Assembly (NCBI GenBank): GCA_040752575.1
Contig: JBFMGK010000052.1
Span: 1,674-65,673, forward strand
Direction of reading: 5' to 3'
Length of the DNA: 64,000 nt
From: Candidatus Bipolaricaulota bacterium
GTDB lineage: Bacteria; Bipolaricaulota; Bipolaricaulia; UBA7950; UBA9294
Positions 9,972 through 19,195 of this stretch are shown piece after piece. The position numbers and the translations under genes were made by a program. The notes beneath the pieces were generated by a model. The model was not told the DNA's origin, did no database searches, and saw only the letters and a list, made by a program, of their open reading frames with translations. Positions within the stretch are counted from its first letter, which is position 1; the number at the start of each line of letters is the position of its first letter.

Positions 9972-10732
9972 GCGCGGATCGGTTTCGCCTTGACGGGAAG
10001 GTAGCGGTTGTGACCGGCGCGGCGCGCGGCCTGGGCCAGGGCATGGCCGTCGGCCTTGCCGAAGCGGGGGCCCATGTTGTTGGCGTAGACATCATCTCGC
10101 CTCTGGACGAAACGCGCGGACTCGTGGAGCAGACGGGGTGCCGCTTCGCCGAGGTCCGTGCCGACCTCTCGGGAACACAGGACATTGACCGCATTCTCGA
10201 AACTGCCCGGCGCGAGTTGGGCGGCCACGACATCCTCGTGAACAACGCCGGCGTCATCCGGAGGCATCCCGCACACGAGTTCCCGATGGACGAGTGGGAC
10301 TTCGTGATGAACGTCAACCTGCGGAGCCTCTTCTTCCTCACGCAGGCGTTTGGCAAGGCCCTCATCGGGGCAAGGCAACGAGGCAAGGTCATCAACGTGT
10401 GCTCGATGTTGTCGTTCTCCGGCGGCATCCTCGTGGCGCCGTACACGGCGAGCAAGAGCGCTGTGGCCGGCATCACGCGCCTTCTCGCCAACGAGTGGGC
10501 GCCTTTCGGGATTCACGTGAACGGCATCGCCCCCGGTTACATGGCAACGGACAACACGGCCCCATTGCGCGCCTCGGAAGACCGAAGTCGCGAGATTCTC
10601 AGCCGCGTTCCCTTGGGTCGCTGGGGCACACCCGAAGACCTACGGGGCGCCGTGATCTTCCTGGCGTCGAGCGCGTCGGACTACATCACCGGGACCGTCC
10701 TGCGAGTCGATGGGGGGTGGCTCACGCGATGA
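9968..10732 (+). CDS. SDR family oxidoreductase, KduD-like (2-deoxy-D-gluconate 3-dehydrogenase family)
   Basis: TGAARGLG Rossmann motif. YxxxK catalytic motif (YTASKSAVAG). Start overlaps the iolB stop (ATGA). Confidence 0.8.
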   Translation: MSADRFRLDGKVAVVTGAARGLGQGMAVGLAEAGAHVVGVDIISPLDETRGLVEQTGCRFAEVRADLSGTQDIDRILETARRELGGHDILVNNAGVIRRHPAHEFPMDEWDFVMNVNLRSLFFLTQAFGKALIGARQRGKVINVCSMLSFSGGILVAPYTASKSAVAGITRLLANEWAPFGIHVNGIAPGYMATDNTAPLRASEDRSREILSRVPLGRWGTPEDLRGAVIFLASSASDYITGTVLRVDGGWLTR

Positions 10733-10826
10733 GACGACGCCCGTCGACGGCCTTCCGCCCGTTGGGCCGCACGAGTCCTCACGCGGGACACGCGGTCGTG
10801 CGAGGCGCGAAGCGAGGTGGGGGCCA

Positions 10827-11825
10827 ATGAGCGGAGGATGCGATCTTGTGACGTTCGGCGAGCCGCTCGTGCGCCTATCGCCGCCGCACTTCAACCGCCT
10901 TGAGGTTGCGCCGACGCTCGACGTGCGCGTCGGGGGCTCGGAACTCAACACGGCCATCGCTGCGTCGCAGCTTGGCCTTGCGACGCGCTACGTGACGCGG
11001 CTGACCCGCAACCCGCTCGGGCGGATGGTATGCGGCGCGGCTCGCGCGAGCGGTGTGGACACTTCGCACGTCGTCTGGACAGACGAGAGCCGCGTAGGAC
11101 TCTATTTCACGGAGTTCGGCGCTTCGCCACGCGCCAACTCGGTGGTCTACGACCGAAGACATTCGGCCATCGCCGAGATCTCTGCGGGAGAGATCGACTG
11201 GGCGGCGGCGCTCGCGGGGGCGAAGGCGTTCCACACGTCGGGCATCACGCCCGCCCTCTCCAAGGGCGCCGCGGACGCCACCTTGGAGGGCGCGAAAACC
11301 GCGAAACGGCTGGGCATCACCGTCTCCGTGGACCTGAATTACCGAGCACGCCTTTGGTCAGAAAAGGATGCGCGGCAGGTCATGACCCAGCTGACCGAAC
11401 AGGCCGACCTCCTGCTGACGACCGAAGAGGACACGGCTCGCGTGTTCGGCATTCGCGAGGACTCGTACGAAGTCGTTGCCCAGCGTCTGGCTCGGCAGTT
11501 CGACCTCCGCGCCGTGGCCATCACGTTGCGCGAAACCCCCTCCGTCTGGCGCAACGGCTGGACGGCGATTGCCTACGACGCCAGCTCCGACCAGTTGCAC
11601 CGCGGGCCGCAGTTCGACATTGAGATTGTCGACCGCATCGGTGCGGGTGACTCGTTCGCCGGAGGTTTCCTCTATGGCTATCTCACGGGTGGGGTCACGG
11701 CGGGACTTCAGTACGGGATCGGCATCTCTGCGCTCAAGCAGACGATGCCTGGGGACATCGTCTACGCCTCGCGCGAAGAGGTCGAGCGGCTCCTTCAAGG
11801 CGGGGACTTGAGGATCCAGCGATGA
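10827..11825 (+). CDS. PfkB family sugar kinase (2-dehydro-3-deoxygluconokinase / 5-dehydro-2-deoxygluconokinase-like)
   Basis: PfkB signatures (GGSELNTA ... DRIGAGDSFAGGFLYG). ATG at 10827 after GAGGTGG. Confidence 0.8.
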   Translation: MSGGCDLVTFGEPLVRLSPPHFNRLEVAPTLDVRVGGSELNTAIAASQLGLATRYVTRLTRNPLGRMVCGAARASGVDTSHVVWTDESRVGLYFTEFGASPRANSVVYDRRHSAIAEISAGEIDWAAALAGAKAFHTSGITPALSKGAADATLEGAKTAKRLGITVSVDLNYRARLWSEKDARQVMTQLTEQADLLLTTEEDTARVFGIREDSYEVVAQRLARQFDLRAVAITLRETPSVWRNGWTAIAYDASSDQLHRGPQFDIEIVDRIGAGDSFAGGFLYGYLTGGVTAGLQYGIGISALKQTMPGDIVYASREEVERLLQGGDLRIQR

Positions 11826-12063
11826 GGGTGTCGGGAAGGCGCCGCGGCGCGCGGCCGGAACGCGGGTTGCCCGGCGGGAGCCAACCTCTTGGAGATTGTG
11901 TTTGGGACAGGAGTCGAATCTCGTGCCGCACCTGCAGGTCGGCGCACAGGGGGAGGTGATCTTGGCGGGAGAACATGTCCGGAGCGCCGTGGCCGCGTGC
12001 CGGCGCAATGAGGGGCAACGCGAGTCCAGATGCAGTGTGCGGAACGCACGGAGGAGGCTAGTG

Positions 12064-13065
12064 ATGTTGCGAAGCAAGGGGCTGAGCTTTGCGGTTCTGG
12101 TGGGCCTCGTGGTGGGGTTGGTCGGAGTGGCGGCGTGGGCCGACGAGTATACGTTCACGTTCGGACACGCTCAGCCGCTGACCCACCCGCGGCACCTGTC
12201 GATGCTGTTCTTCGAGCAGCTCGTAGAGGACGCGTCGCAGGGGCGGATTCAGGTGGAGTTGTTCGGGGCGGCCGTCCTCGGCAGCGAAGCGGAACTGATG
12301 GACCAGGTCAAGCTGGGCACGATTCAGGGTACGCGCGGCGGCGCCTTCCAGAAGGCGAGCGACAAGTACATCCTGATCACGCTGCCTTTCCTGTTTGCCA
12401 ACGTGGATCAGGCGCTGGCCGTCGTGCGCAGCGACGTTGGGACGAGCATCAACGCCGCCTCCCTCGCGAACGGGTACTACGTGCCCGCGCTCGGACTGGC
12501 CGGCGGCTTCCGCCAGATCACCAACGTCGTTCGGCCGATCGAGACGCCGGCGGACATCGCCGGACTCAAGATCCGTGCCCCGGGCATCGAGTCGATCGTG
12601 AAGACGATGGAAGCCCTCGGCGCGATCGTGACCTCGATTCCGTACAACGACACCTACATGGGTTTGAAGACGGGCGTTGCAGATGGCCAGGAGAATCCTT
12701 GCTCGAACATCTTCGAGATGAAGTTCTACGAGGTCCAGGAGTACATGACCATCGTGAACTACCAGGTCCATCCGGACGCTCTGTTCGTCAACCCTGCTTG
12801 GTACAACAGCCTTCCGGACGATCTCAAGGCGATCTTCGATGCGGCGTGCGTCGCGACGATGGCCTACAGCGACTCGATCTGGTTGGCCAAGGAAGACGGG
12901 TATCGGGCGTTCCTCGAAACGCAGCTCGAAACGAGCGTTCTCACCGAGGCGAACCGACAGCTGTTCATCACTCAGGTGGCGCCCGTGTGGCAGTACTTCA
13001 TTGACAAGGGGTACTTCACGCAGGCCGAGGTTGACGCAGCGGTGGCGATCGCTGCGGGCATCTAG
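12064..13065 (+). CDS. dctP: TRAP transporter substrate-binding protein DctP family
   Basis: Signal peptide followed by a DctP-type periplasmic binding fold. ATG at 12064 after GGAGGAGG. Confidence 0.85.
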   Translation: MLRSKGLSFAVLVGLVVGLVGVAAWADEYTFTFGHAQPLTHPRHLSMLFFEQLVEDASQGRIQVELFGAAVLGSEAELMDQVKLGTIQGTRGGAFQKASDKYILITLPFLFANVDQALAVVRSDVGTSINAASLANGYYVPALGLAGGFRQITNVVRPIETPADIAGLKIRAPGIESIVKTMEALGAIVTSIPYNDTYMGLKTGVADGQENPCSNIFEMKFYEVQEYMTIVNYQVHPDALFVNPAWYNSLPDDLKAIFDAACVATMAYSDSIWLAKEDGYRAFLETQLETSVLTEANRQLFITQVAPVWQYFIDKGYFTQAEVDAAVAIAAGI

Positions 13066-13077
13066 TCAGGCTGTGGT

Positions 13078-13126
13078 GGGGGGGGGGGGGGGGGGTGGGG
13101 GGGGGTATTTTTGTGGGGGGGGGGGG
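13078..13126. repeat. Three homopolymeric G tracts (about G18, G9 and G12, separated by T and TATTTTTGT) followed by a GC-rich palindrome (CGCGCCGGCGCGCG) and a C8 run, in the dctP-dctQ spacer
   Basis: Read directly from positions 13078-13151. Confidence 0.9.
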
Positions 13127-13180
13127 CGCGCCGGCGCGCGCGGGCCCCCCCACCGTTCCGACCCGCGAAGGAGGGCTCCT

Positions 13181-13678
13181 GTGGCGTGGCTGAACCGCGT
13201 CAATACCGTGGTAACCAAGGCGCTCGAGGCTGCGACCGCCCTGGTCTTCCTCGCGATGTTCGTCCTCGTTGCCGTGCTGGTGATTCAGCGGTATGTGTTC
13301 GCCGCGGGGCTTTTCGGGGGCGACGAGCTTCTCGAGTACCTGTTCATCTACACGAGCACGATCGGTGCCGCGGTAGTCCTCGCGCGGCGCGAACACGTCA
13401 GCATCCCCGTGTTCTGGGGCCGCATGAGGCCATGGATTCGCAAGGCCTTCGACACCCTGAATCACCTCATCATCATGTTCCTCAACGCGTACATGCTGGT
13501 GCTGAGCCATAGGTGGATCGCCGGCGTCGGCGGAAGCCCCTCGATCATGTTGCACATTCCGATGTGGATCGTGGAGATCGCCCTGCCGATCGGATGCGGG
13601 CTGACCTTAGTCTACGGACTCCTCAACATCCTCGGTTCCTCTCCCCGTAAGGACGAGGCGCAAGGGGGCTGCGCATGA
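13181..13678 (+). CDS. dctQ: TRAP transporter small permease DctQ family
   Basis: GTG at 13181 after GAAGGAGGG. Four predicted TM helices, about 165 aa. In frame with the over-extended ORF from 12839. Confidence 0.8.
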   Translation: MAWLNRVNTVVTKALEAATALVFLAMFVLVAVLVIQRYVFAAGLFGGDELLEYLFIYTSTIGAAVVLARREHVSIPVFWGRMRPWIRKAFDTLNHLIIMFLNAYMLVLSHRWIAGVGGSPSIMLHIPMWIVEIALPIGCGLTLVYGLLNILGSSPRKDEAQGGCA

Positions 13679-14955
13679 TCCTCCTGTTGGCGAGCCTTCT
13701 CGTGCTTCTCGTCATCGGGGTGCCGATCGCCTACTCCCTTGGCTTCTCGGCGCTCCTCTACTTCTTGGTCGAACGACCGCAGCTCCTGCTTGTCCTACCG
13801 CAAAGGGTGTTCTCGGGCCTTGACTCCTACGCGATGATCGCCCTGCCGCTCTTCTGCCTCATGGGCCTGCTGATGAACGAGTCGGGGATCACGAACCGGC
13901 TCATCAACTTCCTCATGGTGTTCGTCGGCCGGCTTCCGGGAGGCCTTGCGCTCGTGAATGTCCTCGACAGCATGGTCTTCGGCGGGATCTCCGGGTCGTC
14001 GGTCGCCGACGTCGCTTCGCTGGGGACGGTGATGATCCCGGCGATGGAGAAGAAGGGCTATCCCAAGGAGTTCGCGAGCGGGATCACGGTGGCCACGGCG
14101 ACGATGGGTATGATGATCCCGCCGAGCATCCCCATGGTGATCTACGCCTTTGTATCGCAGGAGTCGGTCGGGAAGCTCTTCTTGGCGGGGGCCGTCCCCG
14201 GCGTCCTCGTCGGAGTTCTGATGTTCGTCCTGACGATCGGGATCTCGGCTCGGAGGAAGTACCCGGTAGAGGCCCCGGGGCTCACTCTGCGTGAGGCAAG
14301 CAAGCGGGTGATCTCCGCGCTTCCCGCCGTGCTGATGCCCGTGTTCGTCGTCGGAGCGGTCGTGCTCGGGATCACGACCGCAACGGAGTCGGCCGGTGTC
14401 GGCGTCCTGTACGCGCTCATCGTCGGGGTCTTCCTGTATCGGGGACTCAAGCTCCGGGCGATCCCGCGGATCCTGATTCAGGCCGTGCGGATGAGCGCTG
14501 CGGTGATGGTGATCATCGGATTCTCGCAACTCTACGTGTGGATTCTGGCGATCGAGAAGGTGCCTCAGATGGTGACCTCGTTCATCGCAGGACTCGATCT
14601 GCCCGTCTTTGTCATTCTCCTGATCGTCGATCTGGTCATCCTCGCGATTGGGACGTTTGTCGACGTCGGACCGGCGATCATCCTCTTGTGCCCGATCCTG
14701 CTTCCTGCCATGAAGGCGATCGGCGTGTCGCCGATCCAGTTCGGAGCGATGATGATCTCCGGCATGGCCGTGGGACTGGTCACCCCGCCCGTCGGCATGT
14801 GCCTGAACGTCGCCTCGGTGATCTCGGGACTCAACATCTTCCGGATTTTCCGCGGCGCGCTTCCGTTCATCATCATGAACGTCATCGTTCTCATCATGAT
14901 CACGCTCGTGCCCTGGTTCTCCCTCTGGCTGCCCAACTTGCTGATGGGTGGATAG
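13675..14955 (+). CDS. dctM: TRAP transporter large permease DctM family
   Basis: 426 aa polytopic membrane protein with DctM-type sequence. Start overlaps the dctQ stop. Confidence 0.9.
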   Translation: MILLLASLLVLLVIGVPIAYSLGFSALLYFLVERPQLLLVLPQRVFSGLDSYAMIALPLFCLMGLLMNESGITNRLINFLMVFVGRLPGGLALVNVLDSMVFGGISGSSVADVASLGTVMIPAMEKKGYPKEFASGITVATATMGMMIPPSIPMVIYAFVSQESVGKLFLAGAVPGVLVGVLMFVLTIGISARRKYPVEAPGLTLREASKRVISALPAVLMPVFVVGAVVLGITTATESAGVGVLYALIVGVFLYRGLKLRAIPRILIQAVRMSAAVMVIIGFSQLYVWILAIEKVPQMVTSFIAGLDLPVFVILLIVDLVILAIGTFVDVGPAIILLCPILLPAMKAIGVSPIQFGAMMISGMAVGLVTPPVGMCLNVASVISGLNIFRIFRGALPFIIMNVIVLIMITLVPWFSLWLPNLLMGG

Positions 14956-15021
14956 GGGGACGCCGGCGCGGGCATGGCCGTCGTGCGCGCCGAGCAAGAG
15001 CAAGCAGATTAAGGAGGTCGC

Positions 15022-15408
15022 ATGTTTGGAGAACTGGAGCATATCGGAATCGCGGCCAAGAACGTCGAGGCGCTGTCGGCGTGGTACGTCGAGGCGCTGG
15101 GCTACCAGGTTGCGTATCGGGATCCGAAGACGGGGACGCAATTCCTCAAACACGGCCGTCGCAGCATGCTCGAGGTCACGCCAGCCAACGACGTGCCGCG
15201 CAAGCCGCGGGACATGAAGGACGCGGGGTTGATCCACCTTGCCATCTGGACGGATGACTTCGATCGCTCCTACGCGGCGCTGAAGGCGAGAGGCGTCAAG
15301 TTCGTCTCGCCGGTCGACGAGGAGCCGGGCGTGAAGAAGGTCGTCTTCTTCGAAGACCCCGAGGGCAATCTCCTCCACCTGATGTATCGCCCCACACCGC
15401 TTGGGTAG
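15022..15408 (+). CDS. VOC/glyoxalase family protein
   Basis: 128 aa. Glyoxalase/bleomycin-resistance fold motifs (HIGIAAKNVE ... HLAIWTDD ... FEDPEGNLLHL). AAGGAGG before ATG. Confidence 0.75.
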   Translation: MFGELEHIGIAAKNVEALSAWYVEALGYQVAYRDPKTGTQFLKHGRRSMLEVTPANDVPRKPRDMKDAGLIHLAIWTDDFDRSYAALKARGVKFVSPVDEEPGVKKVVFFEDPEGNLLHLMYRPTPLG

Positions 15409-15552
15409 AACGTCCGCGCGTCGACGCCCGGTTCAGGGCGAGGCTGTGCACTGCGCGCGTTCCTCGGCGCTTGGCGTCCACGGGGGCAGAAGATTCGCAG
15501 ACCCTGGTGTTTCCAGTTGCCGGATTGCCCCATCGCCGGGTGCGCTGGCGGA

Positions 15553-15903
15553 CTAGGAGGCACCCGGGTTGCTCTCATGCCGATAGGCCATGACACGTAC
15601 AGGTTCTAGCGTGACCAGCCCCTCGGCGATGATGCCGTCGATCTCCTCGAGGAACGGCGCCAGACGATCTGCTCGATCGACAAGCTCGACCACGATGGGA
15701 AGATCCTCGGACAGGCGCAGAACCTTGGCGGTGTGCAGCCGGCTGTGAGCACCGAATCCCATGATCCCGCGCAACACCGTCGCCCCGGCGAGCCCCCGCC
15801 GGCGGGCGAGTTGGACAATGGCTTCGTAGAGCGGCTGATGCCCGGACTTGTCGCTCTCGCCGATGTAGATGCGGACGATCTGCGCTTCCTCGGGGAGATG
15901 CAC
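15553..15903 (-). CDS. DUF190 domain protein (crcB-associated)
   Basis: C-terminal 116 aa of the over-long ORF 15553..17199. GTG at 15903 preceded by GAAGGAGG. Lies immediately downstream of crcB. Confidence 0.75.
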   Translation of the reverse strand: MHLPEEAQIVRIYIGESDKSGHQPLYEAIVQLARRRGLAGATVLRGIMGFGAHSRLHTAKVLRLSEDLPIVVELVDRADRLAPFLEEIDGIIAEGLVTLEPVRVMAYRHESNPGAS

Positions 15904-15920
15904 ACCTGCCTCCTTCAGCG

Positions 15921-16298
15921 CTAGAGGGCACGGCCGACGGCCATGCCCACGAAGAACGATGCAAATCCCAAGACGTTCTGCGCAAGGACGTAGGCCGCCC
16001 CGCGAAGCCACTCCGCGCCTAGGGCCATCTGGCCAAACTCCGCCACGAACGACGAGAACGTCGTAAACGCACCCAGGAAACCGACGAGGATGACGGTCCG
16101 GACCTCGTGCCCGACTGCGAACCGCTCCGTGGCGCACGCCCAGAAGAGCCCGAACAGCAGACACCCCAACCCATTGACAGCGAGAGTCCCCCACGGAAAC
16201 GAGCCCCCGGCGATCCGCTGCACGATGCCGCCGAGTGCGTACCGTGAGAGCGTCCCCAGCGCTCCCGCAATCCCCAGCAACAGAAGCTTCTGTCCCAC
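15921..16298 (-). CDS. crcB: Fluoride ion channel CrcB/Fluc
   Basis: 125 aa, 4 TM, motifs GTLxVNxxG and GxxGxxTTFSTF. Confidence 0.9.
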   Translation of the reverse strand: MGQKLLLLGIAGALGTLSRYALGGIVQRIAGGSFPWGTLAVNGLGCLLFGLFWACATERFAVGHEVRTVILVGFLGAFTTFSSFVAEFGQMALGAEWLRGAAYVLAQNVLGFASFFVGMAVGRAL

Positions 16299-16340
16299 GG
16301 CCTGTCCCTTCTCCGGGCGGAAGCCCCGCCGCGGATCGAC

Positions 16341-16396
16341 GCGTAGGAGCCATCAGCCTGGGTAGGCGGTTCTCGGGGGACTCCATCCCCATCGCG
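16341..16396 (-). promoter_or_regulatory. Fluoride riboswitch (crcB RNA motif) in the crcB leader
   Basis: The minus strand reads CGAUGGGGAUGGAGUCCCCCGAGAACCGCCUACCCAGGCUGAUGGCUCCUACGCG. This matches the conserved GAUGG...AACCGCC...GCUGAUGGCUCCUAC core of the fluoride aptamer. It is followed by a GC hairpin before the crcB start. Confidence 0.85.
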
Positions 16397-16397
16397 A

Positions 16398-16430
16398 GGG
16401 ATCTTACCCTACACAGAGCCTTCGACAACC
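16398..16430 (-). promoter_or_regulatory. Putative promoter of the riboswitch-crcB-DUF190 transcript (TTGTCG-17-TAAGAT)
   Basis: The minus strand reads TTGTCGAAGGCTCTGTGTAGGGTAAGATCCCTCGCGATGG, just 5' of the aptamer. Confidence 0.3.
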
Positions 16431-16595
16431 GCCGGGTGAACCGTTGCCTCAAGATCCTGGCCAACTCTCCTGAGGATTTCGTGGGGCAGATCGAGGCACG
16501 TGCGCCGTGGGGCTCTGGAGAGGTCCGGCACAAGGCTAAAGGACCGGCGAAGGACTCGATGTGGGCTCCTCGCCCTCTATAGGCGGCACGCGACA

Positions 16596-17609
16596 TCACC
16601 CGCCGGTTCCCGCGTGCGGCGGTGCCGTGTTCTTCCTCCATCGGAACGTCAACCCGAGACAACCCGGCGGGCACTTGCTTGCGCAAGCTCCGCAGACGAG
16701 GCACTCGCCATCGTCGACTGACCCGCAGTCCATGACCCCTGCAGGGCAGGACCGCGTGCAGACATGGCATCCTCGGCAATCTCCCTTCTTCCGAAGAACG
16801 AGCAGGCGGGCGCGCGATACAAGCGACAGGAGCGCTCCGTAGGGACAGAGGACGCGACAGAACGGGCGGAAGACGACAACCGATAGAGCCGCCAACAGTG
16901 CAGTGAACGCGAGGGTCGCGGGGGGGCCGCCCCAGGTGAAGAGCGGTTTGAATGGCGAGAGGCCGTCGAGGATCACCTCGTGTGTGGCGAGAACCCGCGC
17001 GACGAGGTATAGGAGGATCGGGAAGCGAACCCAGCCAAGCGCTCGCGCCACGCGCCGCGGAATTCTCAGTGCCCAACGAGACACATGCAGGAGTTCCTGC
17101 AAGGCTCCGAATGGGCAGACGTACCCGCAGAACAGCCGGCCCATGACGAGCGCGCCCAAGACCGGGACGAGGAACAGCAGGAGATAGGCCGTGTCCCACT
17201 TCAGGAAGACGTTCTGTACGGCGGCCGTCGGGCAGAGGAAGCCGCCCATGACAAACCCCAAGACGACAACGGCGGCGGCGAGCGCGACACGCCGAAGGCG
17301 CGGTCTTCCCAGGAGCGCCAGGATGCCGCCTCCCAACATGAAGGCCAGCAGGAGGGCGAGCTTCAGGTCCTGATCGTGGCCGAAATAGGGCGTCTGCTTC
17401 GGCGTCGGGTCGGCGTCGACGTTGGCGGACTCGGACGGAGGGCCGAATCGGACCTCGCCCTCGAAAAGCGTACCCGGCCCAAAGGATTGTGCGACGGCGG
17501 CCACGCCGATCGACGCGACGACCGCGCCGAGCACGACCCCCCGCCAGAGCGCCGAGGGAGTCCTAGGATGGCCCTTCCGGGACGGGCTACGAGGCCAGAA
17601 GGTGGTCAT
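16596..17609 (-). CDS. NapH/MauN-like membrane-bound 4Fe-4S polyferredoxin
   Basis: Multiple TM segments. CGYVCPFGALQ motif. C-terminal double Cys cluster CRGCHVCTRSCP...CLVCGACASKCP. Confidence 0.75.
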   Translation of the reverse strand: MTTFWPRSPSRKGHPRTPSALWRGVVLGAVVASIGVAAVAQSFGPGTLFEGEVRFGPPSESANVDADPTPKQTPYFGHDQDLKLALLLAFMLGGGILALLGRPRLRRVALAAAVVVLGFVMGGFLCPTAAVQNVFLKWDTAYLLLFLVPVLGALVMGRLFCGYVCPFGALQELLHVSRWALRIPRRVARALGWVRFPILLYLVARVLATHEVILDGLSPFKPLFTWGGPPATLAFTALLAALSVVVFRPFCRVLCPYGALLSLVSRARLLVLRKKGDCRGCHVCTRSCPAGVMDCGSVDDGECLVCGACASKCPPGCLGLTFRWRKNTAPPHAGTGG

Positions 17610-18240
17610 AACGCCAGAACCAGCTCGGTCCGACGATCAACAGCGGCGACATCGCATCCCCGTCAACGAGGTAGAACACGACGACAGGCGACGACTCCTG
17701 CTCAAGGCCTGATGGCACATCGGACAGGGTTAGGGTATGTCCTCCGACCGTCAGGACACCGTCGGAGTAGGCGGGTGCGCCGACCCGATGGAGCACGTCG
17801 CCGGTTGAGGGGACCGAGAAGGGGTAGGTGCCGCCCCACGCCTGAGCCCATGCCCCATCGTCCGTCGCGGGCAGGATCGTCACGGGCATCCGGGCCTCCT
17901 CGTATCCCTCCTTGCTGCAGGTCTTCGAGACCATCACGTACCCCTCGCCTTCCTCGGCAAGCGAGATCATGAGCCACGTCTCGATGACGTTGCGCTGGAC
18001 CTCCGTCCACGGAGTCTGAGCGAGGATCTGGACTCCCGACACGGTGATGTCGTAGTCGTATGGGTCCGGCAGGCTGCAGTTGTTGTGGTCCTTGACCACG
18101 CGGACACCGATCTCGCCCGACGCGCCGAGGGGTGCGGCGATGGATTCGTAGCTGAACAGGAAGTCGCATCCCAGAGCGCCGACCGCGACGAGCCCAAGCA
18201 TCGCGGCAAGTGTCACGACGAACATCACGTTTCGAGCCAT
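17587..18240 (-). CDS. Hypothetical lipoprotein/secreted protein
   Basis: ATG at 18240 (MARNVMFVVTLAAMLGLVAVGALGC, lipobox-like). 217 aa. The ORF-track N-terminal extension was rejected. Confidence 0.5.
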   Translation of the reverse strand: MARNVMFVVTLAAMLGLVAVGALGCDFLFSYESIAAPLGASGEIGVRVVKDHNNCSLPDPYDYDITVSGVQILAQTPWTEVQRNVIETWLMISLAEEGEGYVMVSKTCSKEGYEEARMPVTILPATDDGAWAQAWGGTYPFSVPSTGDVLHRVGAPAYSDGVLTVGGHTLTLSDVPSGLEQESSPVVVFYLVDGDAMSPLLIVGPSWFWRYDHLLAS

Positions 18241-18421
18241 CCGTTCTCCCTTCCCTTCGAAGTCCTTCCGGCGAACGCCACACTCAGTGGACGTCCCGTT
18301 GCGCACAGATCCTGCACGCCGAGGCCCCTGCCCGAGCTTCGGCCCTCTGGCGAGCTGCACCCGATGCCCCAAAGCACGGCGCGGAGGGTTCCGCAAGCGC
18401 CCCCGCGCCGCATCTCGCAAA

Positions 18422-18733
18422 CTAGCTGCAGCTGCCGCCGCAGGACGCTGCGCCGCGGCCCATGCCTCGCCCGGCTCCGGTACCTCCGCGGTACCCCGTC
18501 CCATCTAGGGGGCGCGTTGGCGAGAGACCTTGGCCGTAGCCCTGTCCTGCTCCACCGCCGGAACCCGCCAGAGCGCGGACGCAGTCTCCCCCGCACGTCG
18601 CCGACGTGCACGTACCTGCGGCCTGCTGCCCGGCGCCACGCCCGCCCCATCCTGCGGCCAGAGCGACAACTCCCGTCGCGAGCAGCGAGACCACCGTGAT
18701 CCCTACCATGAAGCCCTTCATTCGCTTGTTCAT
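18422..18733 (-). CDS. Small membrane-anchored or secreted glycine- and cysteine-rich protein
   Basis: ATG at 18733 after GGAGG. 103 aa. N-terminal hydrophobic helix, then GWGGRGAG...CGGDC...GRGMGRGAASCGGSCS. Confidence 0.4.
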   Translation of the reverse strand: MNKRMKGFMVGITVVSLLATGVVALAAGWGGRGAGQQAAGTCTSATCGGDCVRALAGSGGGAGQGYGQGLSPTRPLDGTGYRGGTGAGRGMGRGAASCGGSCS

Positions 18734-19030
18734 GTGTTCCTCCGTGTGAAGCCGAAGATGGGATGATCCTGCCCGGGCCGGATGGGACGGCTGGGGCAAG
18801 GGTGTGGCAGTCCGTTGAGGAGATCGCGGACGATTTGTGGACGCGGCGTGGAGGCGAAGTGAACCGACGGCCGAACGAGCTGCCCGCGGGTTGCGCCTTG
18901 CTGCTCCGAGTCGCAGCAAGGCGTCTGCTGCTTGAAAAACCCGTGCTCACGAACAGACAGCGGCACGGCCGGTCGTAGGCCATGCCGCTTCGATCGAGAG
19001 AACAGAGTGCTGGCTGGCGGGACGCAGGCC

Positions 19031-19195
19031 CTAGCGGCCTGCTCTTGGCTGCTCCGCGGCTCCCTGTGCGCCGTCGCCGAGGATTGTCGACCCGATGCCC
19101 GTCTCTCCCTGGTTCTGGTCTCCCCCTGCGTAGACGGCGATCGATCCGAACAGCACGACGAGGCCAACAACCATGACCCAGACGATCTTCTTCAT
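19031..19195 (-). CDS. Small membrane-anchored glycine-rich protein (54 aa)
   Basis: MKKIVWVMVVGLVVLFGSIAVYAGGDQNQGETGIG... Same build as the preceding gene. Coding status is uncertain. Confidence 0.3.
   Translation of the reverse strand: MKKIVWVMVVGLVVLFGSIAVYAGGDQNQGETGIGSTILGDGAQGAAEQPRAGR

Noticed and set aside
8063-12063. N-terminal extensions of the IclR, iolB, kinase and dctP ORFs given by the ORF track, and similarly for cmk, yicC, MEMO1, fabF, HAD and the second ABC-2 permease
   Set aside because: In each case an internal ATG/GTG with a good AGGAGG-like RBS aligns with the conserved N-terminus of the family. The upstream extension is low-complexity and often overlaps the previous gene.
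15553-17199. 548-aa minus-strand ORF spanning the DUF190 gene, crcB, the riboswitch and part of the polyferredoxin gene
   Set aside because: Only its C-terminal 116 aa (DUF190) has a protein-like sequence and a proper RBS/GTG. The rest is Arg/Pro-rich out-of-frame translation of GC-rich DNA overlapping real genes and the fluoride riboswitch.
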